Assembly: GCA_020348985.1 (NCBI GenBank)
Contig: CP070761.1
Coordinates: forward strand, 2,531,445 to 2,595,444
DNA length: 64,000 nucleotides
From: Candidatus Thorarchaeota archaeon
GTDB taxonomy: Archaea; Asgardarchaeota; Thorarchaeia; Thorarchaeales; Thorarchaeaceae
Direction of reading: 5' to 3'
The notes beneath the pieces are model-generated. The model was not told the DNA's origin and searched no databases. It worked only from the letters and a program-made list of their open reading frames with translations. The stretch's first letter is position 1. Every line of letters starts with the position of its first letter. The position numbers were made by a program, and so were the translations under genes. Shown piece after piece: positions 9,625 to 19,435 of this stretch.

Positions 9625-10674
9625 TTGATCTTGGAGTGTCAGCTGGCACAGCAGGGAATCCCGAAAGGTTCGTGTGAAGTCGCAACAGAAGGAGACAAAA
9701 CGGGGCGAGCCTGTGACATTACGTTGAGATATAGTGAGAAGTCTGGATATGAACGCCTGATCAAATCCCTATTGCTATCTCGACCTGAGGACTACCTCTC
9801 AATCTACCAGAGTGGATGCAATCACACTTGTCTCAAGTGTCACTCGCATGAGTTCAGTAAGGTAGCTACTGGTGAATGGATGTCAGTTGAAGACATCGCA
9901 GGTGCCGTCAAGCAGTACAAGGAGTACATCACCGTTCATGAACCGAGAGAGGCTGCGACAAGTTGGCATGCACATCGGCTTTGCAAGCATTGTGGAAGCT
10001 GTCTGATGAATAGAGAACCTTCTGCAAACTGTCCCAGGATTCTCAAGCCCGATCAAGTGGTCATAAGTCCTCAAGGATTTGGTCCGGCACGGAACATAGT
10101 GGCGTTCACTGGGGGGGACATACTTTGTCGACCTGACTTCTATACCTCAGTTGCTCGCAGAATCAAGGAGGTTTCAGATGATCTTTGGGTCTTGCTTGAA
10201 ACCAATGGATATGGACTTACTGAGAAGAATCTGGCTCAGTTTGCTGAGGGAGGGATAGATTCATTCTGGTTGGATATCAAAGCCTACTCGGAGGATGTCT
10301 ACCGCAGACTGTGCGGAACGACCAACAAACACATCCTGGAGTCTGTGAGGACAATCGTTGACTATGGTTTCACACTTGAAGTGTTGACACTCTTCATACC
10401 GGGAATGGTAGAAACTGAAGAACATGAGAAGATTGCTCAGCTAGTTGCCGACGTTGATCCAGATATTCCATTTACTCTGTTGGCATTCTTTCCTTTCTAT
10501 CAGTTACTTGAACCCGAATATAGAAGTCCAACAGCTGAAGAGATGGCCGCCAGCTACATTTCGATAAAGGAAGTGGGACTCACCAATCTGAGACTTGGCA
10601 ATCTAGGTGTCTTCGTCAAGGACCAAGAGGACATGGATTACTTGTCGTCTGAGCTGGGTCCTGGATTCTTCTAG
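9625..10674 (+). CDS. Radical SAM protein (PFL-activase-like)
   Basis: CNHTCLKC, FTGGD, ETNG, WLDIKA; extra CxxCxxC insert. Confidence 0.85.
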   Translation: MILECQLAQQGIPKGSCEVATEGDKTGRACDITLRYSEKSGYERLIKSLLLSRPEDYLSIYQSGCNHTCLKCHSHEFSKVATGEWMSVEDIAGAVKQYKEYITVHEPREAATSWHAHRLCKHCGSCLMNREPSANCPRILKPDQVVISPQGFGPARNIVAFTGGDILCRPDFYTSVARRIKEVSDDLWVLLETNGYGLTEKNLAQFAEGGIDSFWLDIKAYSEDVYRRLCGTTNKHILESVRTIVDYGFTLEVLTLFIPGMVETEEHEKIAQLVADVDPDIPFTLLAFFPFYQLLEPEYRSPTAEEMAASYISIKEVGLTNLRLGNLGVFVKDQEDMDYLSSELGPGFF

Positions 10675-10832
10675 AAGTGCTTGAATGTGATCTCTTGGAC
10701 TCACTGGTCATCCAAGAATCTAGCCAAGCCGGAGTCTGAAGTCAGTCAGATGGCAGCAAACTACCATAGCTCACGTTGATAGTTAGACACAATAATAGAT
10801 GCTGTTCAACGAATCTCTGAGGATGGAGTGAA

Positions 10833-11441
10833 TTGAACGAAATGAATCGCGGCGGTCGGCAACCCAGTGAAATCAATTGGGACGAGGTTCTGGTCTTCCC
10901 GATGGAGGAGATTAAACTTCCACCTCTGGAAAAGAGAAGTGGATGGATTCTGGACATTGGGGCTGGGGGAGAAGGGATTATTGGGCTTCTGGGAGGGACC
11001 CGGGTTGTTGGAGTAGACAAGAGCAGAACCGAGCTAGAGGAGACTAGCGATGACTCGTTAAGGATAGTTATGGACGCCAGAGACCTTGGTTTCCTAGACG
11101 GAACCTTTGAAACTGCTACACTATTCTATTCCTTGATGTACATGTCTCTTGAGACTGTGGACAACGTTCTGGAAGAAGTGAAGAGGGTCTTAAAGCCAGG
11201 AGGAGAGCTCTATATCTGGGACGCCATTGTCGAGGTACCTCCCGAAGTTGACAAGAAGTACTTTCTTGTCCAAGTGAGCGTAGTATTCCCTGATGGGAGA
11301 TTGGGCGAGGGAAGGTACGGGATGGACATTCGCAGACAAGGGATTGAGACTTTCAAAGAGATCGCACAACATCACGGCTTTGTCGTGTTGAATGAGGAGG
11401 CAAAAGAACACTCCTTCTTCCTCAGACTCAGAAAAGAATGA
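10833..11441 (+). CDS. Class I SAM-dependent methyltransferase
   Basis: ILDIGAGGEG, RVLKPGG. Confidence 0.85.
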   Translation: MNEMNRGGRQPSEINWDEVLVFPMEEIKLPPLEKRSGWILDIGAGGEGIIGLLGGTRVVGVDKSRTELEETSDDSLRIVMDARDLGFLDGTFETATLFYSLMYMSLETVDNVLEEVKRVLKPGGELYIWDAIVEVPPEVDKKYFLVQVSVVFPDGRLGEGRYGMDIRRQGIETFKEIAQHHGFVVLNEEAKEHSFFLRLRKE

Positions 11442-11503
11442 TGGGAAGAAGGAGGCACTCCGAAATGAAGGCATCCCTCGGTCGTATGGCCAACGGATTA
11501 AGA

Positions 11504-13162
11504 TTATCCAACGTATGGACTGCTAATCGAATCTTCTTCGACCTGTGATGGCTTGTCACGAGTTCTCCATTCGGATAGTGGAATCGAGAACTGATCCTCC
11601 ATCCTGGAACGGTGAATTGTGTTCATTGTGCAGAATGGAATAATCCTGCCGTCGGGAAGTGAGTAGTTCACGTCGCAATGCTGGACACGTTCAAGGTCGA
11701 AGTTGAATGGGTCCTGGAAATGCATCAGACCAATCATGATTATACGTCTCATGAACTTGGCCAATGACTCGTAATCTCCTCTGTTGAGGAAAGCACTCAG
11801 TAGATCCTTAATGATGCCTTTTCGCTTGATGTGTCTTGCGCCGGCTGCAAGCTTTGCCTTTGCCCGTTTGCTAGCAGCTCTTGCACCGTCGGCATAAAGA
11901 TTCGAAATGTCAACCAAGAGCTCGATAAACTTGTCAACATCAATCAAATTTGTGATTGGTTCGTAGTCACCATCATCGTTGATGTAGATGAAGGTAGACA
12001 TGCCACACGCGAAGTGTGTGCTAAGTTCAAGCTGTGGAGTCCCTTTCAACAGGCCAAGTGCACGACCCACAGGCATCATTGCTGGTACTGGATACCAGAC
12101 ATCAGCTGGAATCTTGCCGCCCGTCTGTTCTTCAATGAGATGGATTACGTCAGGAATCGTAATACGCATCTTCTTGCGTGCCTCATAGTCGATTCGTCCG
12201 GTGATACTGACTGGCTGGAAGTTCACACAACGAATTACATCTCGGTTCTCAACTGCGAACTCAATAATCCCGCCAACTTGATCGTCATTTACTCCGCGGA
12301 CAACAGTCGGCACAAGCACGAGTGACTCCATTCCCACCTCTCGTGCGTTTTCGATGGCCTGCTTTTTGATGGGCAGAAGATTGGACCCTCTTGCCTCGAT
12401 GTACGGCTCAGGTGTGATTCCATCAAACTGCATGTATATCGTGGACAGTCCTGCGTCTCGTAGCTCCTGGAGATATTCCTTGCTCTTGCCAACTCTGATG
12501 GCATTGCTGGCAATCTGGACATGTCTGAAACCGAGCTCCTTTGCCCAGCGAATGTACTTTGGCAAATGCTTGCTTACAGTGGGTTCGCCACCAGCAAACT
12601 GAAGCGCTGGCGCAGGAACGGGAAGGTTGCCACGCAAGTTCCTCATCATATCAAGGACTTCTTCTGGTGTTGGTTCGTAGACGTCTCCACCTTCGGCGGC
12701 AACTGCGAAGCAAATAGGACAGCGTAGGTTGCATCGGTTCGTTACATCAAGTAGTGCTAGCGCAGTGTGTGACTTGTGCTCCGGACACTGACCACAATCC
12801 TCTGGACATCCTTTCACGGTCTCTGTTCGGGGATTGTCCAGCCCGATCGACTTGTACCATTGGTTCTGAGCCTTTCGGAACATCTCTGCGTCACCCCAGT
12901 AGAGATCCACATACTCGCCGTGAGTCTCACAGCTCTTCTTGTACATGACCTTGCCATCTTCTTCGTAGACTAGCGCGTCTATCACGTGCACATTGTCATT
13001 GTCGAGAAGACAATCCGGACATATCGACTGGGTGGTATAAGGGAGCTCCCTTACAGGGTATTTCTCAATATGATACCTTGAGATGTCCTTGCCGCCGTCG
13101 GTGTGTGCAAGATCCTCCTCAGGTATGCGCTCAACTTCTGAGGTCTTCGGAGTTGTCATCAA
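11504..13162 (-). CDS. tes: Tetraether lipid synthase (Tes/GDGT-MAS, MJ0619 family radical SAM)
   Basis: SICPDC...KSCETHG, GCPEDCGQCPEH, CNLRCPICFA, HFACG, MHFQDPFNFDLERVQHC, GRIIPFCTMN. Confidence 0.85.
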   Translation of the reverse strand: MMTTPKTSEVERIPEEDLAHTDGGKDISRYHIEKYPVRELPYTTQSICPDCLLDNDNVHVIDALVYEEDGKVMYKKSCETHGEYVDLYWGDAEMFRKAQNQWYKSIGLDNPRTETVKGCPEDCGQCPEHKSHTALALLDVTNRCNLRCPICFAVAAEGGDVYEPTPEEVLDMMRNLRGNLPVPAPALQFAGGEPTVSKHLPKYIRWAKELGFRHVQIASNAIRVGKSKEYLQELRDAGLSTIYMQFDGITPEPYIEARGSNLLPIKKQAIENAREVGMESLVLVPTVVRGVNDDQVGGIIEFAVENRDVIRCVNFQPVSITGRIDYEARKKMRITIPDVIHLIEEQTGGKIPADVWYPVPAMMPVGRALGLLKGTPQLELSTHFACGMSTFIYINDDGDYEPITNLIDVDKFIELLVDISNLYADGARAASKRAKAKLAAGARHIKRKGIIKDLLSAFLNRGDYESLAKFMRRIIMIGLMHFQDPFNFDLERVQHCDVNYSLPDGRIIPFCTMNTIHRSRMEDQFSIPLSEWRTRDKPSQVEEDSISSPYVG

Positions 13163-13282
13163 TAATCGCCCCTTAGATAACTGGTTTTACCACTAAAGCG
13201 AGTGGTATTCTTAGCCAGCAGCCGATGTTTATCGCATATAAGATTTGTCCGATGACTAAGAGTATGCATAGTGAGTAAGACT

Positions 13283-13591
13283 CTAGGTGTCATTTTCCAT
13301 CGTTAGGACGTAGCCCTTTGTGAATCCACCCTTTTTTTCCAGCTTCTCCTCTCGGATTCTGTTGATCTCATCCCAAGAGACTTTCCTCAAGGCAAGAAGA
13401 GCACCAATGGCTTCAAGAATGTCTGCAATCTCTTCTGCTGTGCCAGATTTCAGAAACTCTTTGGCTTCCTCAACAATCTTTGCACGAAGCAAAACGTCCA
13501 GCTCATCTCCCGAGGCTATCCGGACATTGGCAGTCTCACCATCCGACGTAATGATTTCTGGTATCAAATCTCGAACTAGCTTCTCACTCAA
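13283..13591 (-). CDS. MazG-like NTP pyrophosphohydrolase (phosphoribosyl-ATP PPase-like)
   Basis: KLVRDLIPEII...EEAKE...EEIADILE...KKGGF. Confidence 0.85.
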   Translation of the reverse strand: MSEKLVRDLIPEIITSDGETANVRIASGDELDVLLRAKIVEEAKEFLKSGTAEEIADILEAIGALLALRKVSWDEINRIREEKLEKKGGFTKGYVLTMENDT

Positions 13592-13614
13592 GTAAGGCCA
13601 CCTCAGCCCGAAAG

Positions 13615-14298
13615 CTATCTGAGAGCTAGGACCACTTCAATCTGCTCTTTGGCCTCTTGTAGAAAGGCCTCGATGCCGGCCTTCATGTTGTCAGGCAATT
13701 CGGTTGTCCAAGGCTCTTCAGCCCCGCGAGAGGTCTCTGCTGTCATTGAACCAATAGGAAGGAAGCTTGCCTCCAATTGCCCACTGAAAGAGACTGAACC
13801 GACCCACTGGCCATTGTTGTCAACTACTTCATAGACAGGCTGGAAGTCTGCCATGTCCTTGGAGGGAATAGCCGCCCAAAAGAAGGAGATCTCTGCGAAC
13901 TGAAGCGGCTTTCCTACTCCAACAACGTAGCTGTCCATTGTGGCCTTGGCAACCTCCAAATTGTAGAGAATCCCAATCCCACAGTTCAGGCACTGGTTGA
14001 ATTCCAGACCGTCACCACTTGGCTGAACATATGCGATACCGTTCTTCTCTATATTGTCATCATTGCAGAGCATACAGACATCCAGACCCCATCTGATCTC
14101 CATCTTGTCTTCGAGCGGACCATCTCTGAATCGCGTTCGAGCTCCATCAAAAGCACTGCCTAAGACTTCTGCGCCTTCTAAATCCAACTTCTTGCGAAGT
14201 GCGCTCCACAACTCCAGGTTGTCCTGCCAAAGCACGTTGAAGACCATATCTGCCAACTTGTCTGCAGGTCTTTCCTCAAGTGAACTCATTTCCGGCAC
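13615..14298 (-). CDS. Hypothetical protein with CxxC...CxxC Zn site
   Basis: CMLC and CLNC; long ORF co-oriented with its neighbours. Confidence 0.55.
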   Translation of the reverse strand: MPEMSSLEERPADKLADMVFNVLWQDNLELWSALRKKLDLEGAEVLGSAFDGARTRFRDGPLEDKMEIRWGLDVCMLCNDDNIEKNGIAYVQPSGDGLEFNQCLNCGIGILYNLEVAKATMDSYVVGVGKPLQFAEISFFWAAIPSKDMADFQPVYEVVDNNGQWVGSVSFSGQLEASFLPIGSMTAETSRGAEEPWTTELPDNMKAGIEAFLQEAKEQIEVVLALR

Positions 14299-14352
14299 TC
14301 AGCTCCTAAAGTACGAACTAGCAGGTCTTGCTTTCGACGGCTCTCAATTAAG

Positions 14353-14547
14353 TCTTGGGCAGGCCTATCGATTCCGTTGCTTCGGCCAACGGTACTTGAC
14401 CGAACGTTTTTAACTGGGTCAACAGGACTGCAATTGTATCATACAGGGTGAGAAAGGATGGATTGCCAAATTCACTAGCGAATGTGAAAGCCACTGCAGT
14501 CCACTCTCTGATTTCAAACCTGTTCGGCTTTTGAAGAATACCCAAGA
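14353..14547 (-). ncRNA. Putative structured ncRNA or long structured leader, family unknown
   Basis: Nested helices UCUUGGGUA/UGCCCAAGA, GCCGAAC/GUUCGGU, GGACUGCAGU/AUUGCAGUCC, CCGUUG/CAACGG; three G-U pairs form only on the minus strand. Confidence 0.45.
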
Positions 14548-14598
14548 TGTCGCATTAAACGGCTGCATGGATTGTCAATACCGGAGTTGGTGATGGAG

Positions 14599-17500
14599 AT
14601 GTTCAAACCAGTACCCAATCAAGTTGATTTCGTTGCTCAGGAAATGGAAACGCTCGCCTTTTGGGAGGAGAAGCAGATCTTCGAAAAGCTGAAGAAACTG
14701 AGAGCAAAAGGGCCGATATGGTCCTTCATTGACGGCCCTATCACAGCCAACAATCCGATGGGTGTTCATCATGGATGGGGACGAACCTACAAAGACCTGT
14801 ACCATCGATTCAATTCCATGAAGGGACATCACACTCGCTATCAGAATGGCTTTGATTGCCAGGGGCTCTGGGTTGAAGTCAATGTTGAGAGAGACATGGG
14901 CTTCAAAGGTAAGCAAGACATAGAAGAGTATGGGCTGGAGAAGTTCATCATATTGTGCAAGCAGCGGGTTCTGAAGTACGCTGCAGTAATGACCCAGCAA
15001 AGCATACGTCTAGGCTATTGGATGGATTGGGATAACCTGGAAACACTCCAGAAGTTGCATGATGCACTTGGTAATGACCCAATGGCAGTCATGACAATCG
15101 AAGGTGTGGAAGGTCCTGTCACTGGCACGGTTGAGCAACTTGTAGGAAGACTTGGAATGCCTGAAGTTGGCGGATCATACTTCACTTTCTCCGAAGAGAA
15201 TAACTACACTATCTGGACTGTTCTGAAGTCTTGTCACGATCGAGGTTGGATATACAAAGGTCGAGACGTAATGCCATGGTGCGCCAGATGTGGAACAGCA
15301 ATCAGCCAACATGAGATTGTCACCGAAGGCTATAGAGAGCTAACACATCCTAGCATAACGTTGAGATTCCCATTGGTGAATCGTCCCGGAGAAAGTCTTC
15401 TGATATGGACAACGACTCCATGGACTCTGAGCAGCAATGTTGCTGCTGCAGTCGGTCCTGAACTGACCTACGTCAAGGTACGTCAAGGGAAGGAAGTACT
15501 CTATCTAAGTCGTGGGACACTTCATATGTTGAAAGGCAGTTACGAGGTTGAGGAGGAGCTGCTTGGTTTTGATATGGAGGGTTGGGTATATCACGGTCCT
15601 TTTGATGAGCTCCCAGCTCAGAAGGAAAGCGGAGTATCTGGCAAACACAAAGTGATACTGTGGGATGAAGTGGGAGAAGAGGAAGGAACTGGAATCGTGC
15701 ACATAGCTCCTGGATGCGGAGCGGAGGACTTCCAACTCTCGAAAGAACTTGATCTTGCAACAATAGCACCGCTTACAGAAAATGGAATCTTCATCGACGG
15801 ATTTGACTGGCTGTCCGGAATGAATGTCAATGCAGTTGCTCAGCCAATCTTCGAGAATCTAACAAAGAAGGGATTGACATACAAGGTTGAAGATTATACT
15901 CACAGATATCCGGTATGCTGGCGCTGCCAAGAAGAATTGGTCTTTCGTCTAGTTGATGAGTGGTTCATTTCAATGGGGAGCAAACTCGACGTGCCCTATG
16001 AAGAGGTCACCGAGGAACAGAAGAAGGCCAATCTTCGTTATCAGATAATGGAGGTTGTCATGGACGAAACCAATTGGTATCCTTCTTTTGGAAAGGAGAG
16101 GGAACTGGATTGGCTTCGGAACATGGACGACTGGATGATCTCCAAGAAACGGTATTGGGGACTTGCACTACCTATATGGGAGTGTTCGAACTGTGGCCAT
16201 TTTGATGTGATAGGGAGCAGACAAGAACTGCAGGATCGCGCTGTTGTCGGATGGGACGCATTCGAGGGACACTCACCTCATAGACCATTCATCGACAAGA
16301 TTGAGATAGAATGCAGTGAATGTGATGCAAGAATGAAACGAATACCAGATGTGGGAAATCCTTGGCTAGATGCCGGGATAGTTGCAATGAGTACAATGAG
16401 ATACAACTCAGATCGAGAATTCTGGAACAAGTGGTTTCCTGCAGAACTCATCAGCGAGAGTTTTCCAGGCCAGTTCAGGAACTGGTTCTATAGCCTTCTT
16501 GCGATGAGCACGATACTCGAACGTAGAGCACCATTCAGACACGTCTTCACCTATGCAATGCTGACTGGAGCGGATGGTAGGGAAATGCACAAGTCTTGGG
16601 GCAATATGATAGAGTTCAACGAGGCAGCCGATACAATGGGAGTCGATGTTATGCGTTGGCTCTATTGTGTCCACAGACCAGAGAAAGACCTCGCCTTCGG
16701 GTATGCTCGTGGTGATGAGGTGCGGCGACACTTTCTCATCCCTCTCTGGAATGTCTATTCATTCTTTGTCACCTACGCGCTCATTGATGGGTGGGTGCCC
16801 AAGAAGGATGTGAGGATGACGCGTAGCTTGTTGGACCGGTGGATACTCTCAAGGATGAACGAGGTCACTGAAGACGTCACAGGCTATCTGGAGTCGTATG
16901 AGCCAAACATGGCAGCAGCCGTTGTGGACCGGTTCATAGATCATCTAAGCAATTGGTATCTTCGACGAAGTCGTCGTCGCTTCTGGGTCGAGACAGGGTC
17001 GAGTGATGAAGCTGATGCAGACAAGAACGCGGCTTACGACACATTGTATAGTGTCTTAGTGAATCTCTCCCGACTACTTGCACCCTTTGTACCGTTTGCT
17101 TCTGAGGTGATACATCAGAATCTAATCTGCAGTATAGACTCTAGTGCACCAGAAAGCGTACATCATTGTGATTGGACTGTGGGTGAAGCCATTGACGAGG
17201 TCCTAAACAGAGAGATGGCACTTGTACTTCGCTTAGTCTCACTGGGTCATGCGGCAAGAAACAAAGCAAATCGTAAGCTTCGCCAGCCATTGTCTGAGAT
17301 AGCATTTGCTGTGGGACTGGACAAAGAGAGAGAGGTCGTTATGCGATATGCAGAATTGATAGGCGACGAATTGAATGTCAAGAAAGTTCGATTGCTAGAT
17401 GTTGCTGCAGAAGTAGTAAGCTATCAACTCAAACCACTGCCAAAGCAATTGGGTCAGAAGTATGGTTCTGAGTTCCCTGCACTTAGGGACGGCATTTTGG

Positions 17501-17952
17501 GTTTAGATCCCCGTGAAGCTTCAGCCCAGCTTCAAGCTGGTAAATCTATAGAAGTCAAAGTGAGCGGTAACAGGTTCGAAATATTGCCTGAAGAAGTCGA
17601 GGTGATAGTTGAAGCCAAAGAGGGCTTTTCGACAGCATCGGAAGGAGGATACCTCGCTGCTTTGACCACTGAATTGACTCGCGAACTCGAACTTGAAGGA
17701 TTAGCACGTGAATTCGTAAGACGAGTTCAAGATGTGCGCAAGTCAGCCAATCTAAACGTCAACGACAAGATAGATGTCCAATACTCCTCAAGTAAACGAG
17801 TAGCTGAGGCTGTCAAATATCATCAAGTGTACATCACAGAGGAAACATTGGCAACCAGCTTGAAGCAGGTGAAGAAGCCGACAGGAGATTTCCAAGATGA
17901 GTACAAGTTTGGTGATGAGAGACTCGTTGTAGCGATAGCTCTCAGTGAATAG
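14599..17952 (+). CDS. ileS: Isoleucine--tRNA ligase (type 2) with GVHH/EMHKS signature variants
   Basis: DGPITAN, GFDCQGL, WTTTPWTL, GTGIVHIAPG, DWMISKKRYWG, NWYLRRSRRRFW; start could be 14593 or 14572. Confidence 0.95.
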   Translation: MFKPVPNQVDFVAQEMETLAFWEEKQIFEKLKKLRAKGPIWSFIDGPITANNPMGVHHGWGRTYKDLYHRFNSMKGHHTRYQNGFDCQGLWVEVNVERDMGFKGKQDIEEYGLEKFIILCKQRVLKYAAVMTQQSIRLGYWMDWDNLETLQKLHDALGNDPMAVMTIEGVEGPVTGTVEQLVGRLGMPEVGGSYFTFSEENNYTIWTVLKSCHDRGWIYKGRDVMPWCARCGTAISQHEIVTEGYRELTHPSITLRFPLVNRPGESLLIWTTTPWTLSSNVAAAVGPELTYVKVRQGKEVLYLSRGTLHMLKGSYEVEEELLGFDMEGWVYHGPFDELPAQKESGVSGKHKVILWDEVGEEEGTGIVHIAPGCGAEDFQLSKELDLATIAPLTENGIFIDGFDWLSGMNVNAVAQPIFENLTKKGLTYKVEDYTHRYPVCWRCQEELVFRLVDEWFISMGSKLDVPYEEVTEEQKKANLRYQIMEVVMDETNWYPSFGKERELDWLRNMDDWMISKKRYWGLALPIWECSNCGHFDVIGSRQELQDRAVVGWDAFEGHSPHRPFIDKIEIECSECDARMKRIPDVGNPWLDAGIVAMSTMRYNSDREFWNKWFPAELISESFPGQFRNWFYSLLAMSTILERRAPFRHVFTYAMLTGADGREMHKSWGNMIEFNEAADTMGVDVMRWLYCVHRPEKDLAFGYARGDEVRRHFLIPLWNVYSFFVTYALIDGWVPKKDVRMTRSLLDRWILSRMNEVTEDVTGYLESYEPNMAAAVVDRFIDHLSNWYLRRSRRRFWVETGSSDEADADKNAAYDTLYSVLVNLSRLLAPFVPFASEVIHQNLICSIDSSAPESVHHCDWTVGEAIDEVLNREMALVLRLVSLGHAARNKANRKLRQPLSEIAFAVGLDKEREVVMRYAELIGDELNVKKVRLLDVAAEVVSYQLKPLPKQLGQKYGSEFPALRDGILGLDPREASAQLQAGKSIEVKVSGNRFEILPEEVEVIVEAKEGFSTASEGGYLAALTTELTRELELEGLAREFVRRVQDVRKSANLNVNDKIDVQYSSSKRVAEAVKYHQVYITEETLATSLKQVKKPTGDFQDEYKFGDERLVVAIALSE

Positions 17953-17986
17953 TAGGAACCAGATAGAAGGACTCCGAGGATGGTCT

Positions 17987-19318
17987 TCAGAAGGGGTAGG
18001 AATCTCTGATCAACAGCTCAGCAATCATGAAGTACAACTCGGCGTTCTCTTCTATAGAAGACAAAGAGACCCACTCATTTGTGCCATGGACGTTGCCACC
18101 GATAGGCCCGAAGTCAAATAGCTCTGCGCCCTGACCAGCGAAGTATCGCGAATCAGATGCTCCGAAACCTTCATTGATCTGATAGAAAACGCCAAGTTTC
18201 TCCAAGGCCCATTTTGCAGCCCGGATTAGTCTGGAGTCTGGATCCACATCTACGAAACCCGGACCCGGTATGACTTTCATAGAGAATAGGTCAAGCCTTC
18301 CTTCCAGGCTTTTTTCGAAGCTTTGATGGACAGCTTCGGCGTCATTGGTCATTGCACGAATGTCACACAGTAGAGTCCAAAGGTCATCCTGGCGGGACAG
18401 CACATTCGGCCATATCACGGTCCCTTTGTCCGATGGTCGAGTTGGGAATGATGTATATGCGATTGGCAAGAGCGACTTCATCAAATCAGTGAGCGCGCTG
18501 TCGTATATGAGCTCCTCACCAGAATCGTCCGGATGAATGAAGTCCACCTCTACCCAATCCGGAACAACATTTCTCTTCAGAAAGGGGCCTCTCACGTCTG
18601 CAACAACACTCTCAAGATTCATGTCCATGTATCGCGATGCAGCGAGCATGGCGTGACGGTCGACACCTGGGCGAAGGTAGGCAGAGTGACGAGTATCGGT
18701 TGCGAATGTCTCAGTATCGAAACGAATCGTCTCCTTCCTACCCTTCACTGAGGCTGCCTTCTGTTTGACCTTGAATTGAGTAGGCAATCCATTTCTTCGT
18801 CGATGAATGATCTGCTGTCCAATTCCATCAGCAATGACAATATAGTCTGGGAATAGTCCCTGCCTCTTCAGAAAGTCTCTCAGATGTCCCGCGCCGTTTC
18901 GGCCGCCAATCTCTTCATCACCAGTTGCAGCAATCATCATTGTACAAGGCAGGTCTACTGATGATATCTGTTTGGCCATCATCAGCATGGATGTGATGTT
19001 GCCCTTGTCATCACAAGACCCTCTACCATAGGCCCTGTCACCCTTGATCCTGAGCTTGAACGGGTCACCGTCCCATCCGTCAGCGGTGGGCACAACGTCA
19101 AAATGAGCCAAGTACAGAATCTTGAATCCACCATGGCCGTGTCGTCCGAAAGCAGTCCAGTATCCTTCAGCTTCAAGCAGTTCTGTATGGAATCCACAAT
19201 CTTCCAGTGCCTCGTTGATGTATTCAGGGCATTCTGAGGTGGGCTTGTTGTTGGGATCCCCAGTCCGGGTGTCAAATGAAACGAGCTTCTCTAGAATGGA
19301 CGAAGAATCGAATTTCAT
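17987..19318 (-). CDS. M20/DapE-ArgE family metallopeptidase
   Basis: AHFDVVP, GRGSCDDKG, DEEIGG, GASD, HGTNE. Confidence 0.85.
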   Translation of the reverse strand: MKFDSSSILEKLVSFDTRTGDPNNKPTSECPEYINEALEDCGFHTELLEAEGYWTAFGRHGHGGFKILYLAHFDVVPTADGWDGDPFKLRIKGDRAYGRGSCDDKGNITSMLMMAKQISSVDLPCTMMIAATGDEEIGGRNGAGHLRDFLKRQGLFPDYIVIADGIGQQIIHRRRNGLPTQFKVKQKAASVKGRKETIRFDTETFATDTRHSAYLRPGVDRHAMLAASRYMDMNLESVVADVRGPFLKRNVVPDWVEVDFIHPDDSGEELIYDSALTDLMKSLLPIAYTSFPTRPSDKGTVIWPNVLSRQDDLWTLLCDIRAMTNDAEAVHQSFEKSLEGRLDLFSMKVIPGPGFVDVDPDSRLIRAAKWALEKLGVFYQINEGFGASDSRYFAGQGAELFDFGPIGGNVHGTNEWVSLSSIEENAELYFMIAELLIRDSYPF

Positions 19319-19393
19319 CTTCTTTCGGTTCTCGAGAATCCATCTCTGGTCAAAAGTCTATCTTAGTGGGGATGAGCAAATGAAAGGAAGTTC

Positions 19394-19418
19394 AAGCGAC
19401 GCCCGAAAAGCGTCGCTT
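19394..19418 (-). terminator. Terminator-like hairpin after the EF-2 paralog
   Basis: Perfect 9-bp inverted repeat AAGCGACGC/GCGTCGCTT followed by a pyrimidine run on the minus strand. Confidence 0.6.
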
Positions 19419-19435
19419 CAAAGGATTGATTGGAA

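Noticed and set aside
14353-14598. T-box riboswitch upstream of ileS
   Set aside because: No UGGNACC T-box bulge; G-U pairs favour the opposite strand; a TATA-like ATTAAA at ~14554 would give ileS a short leader
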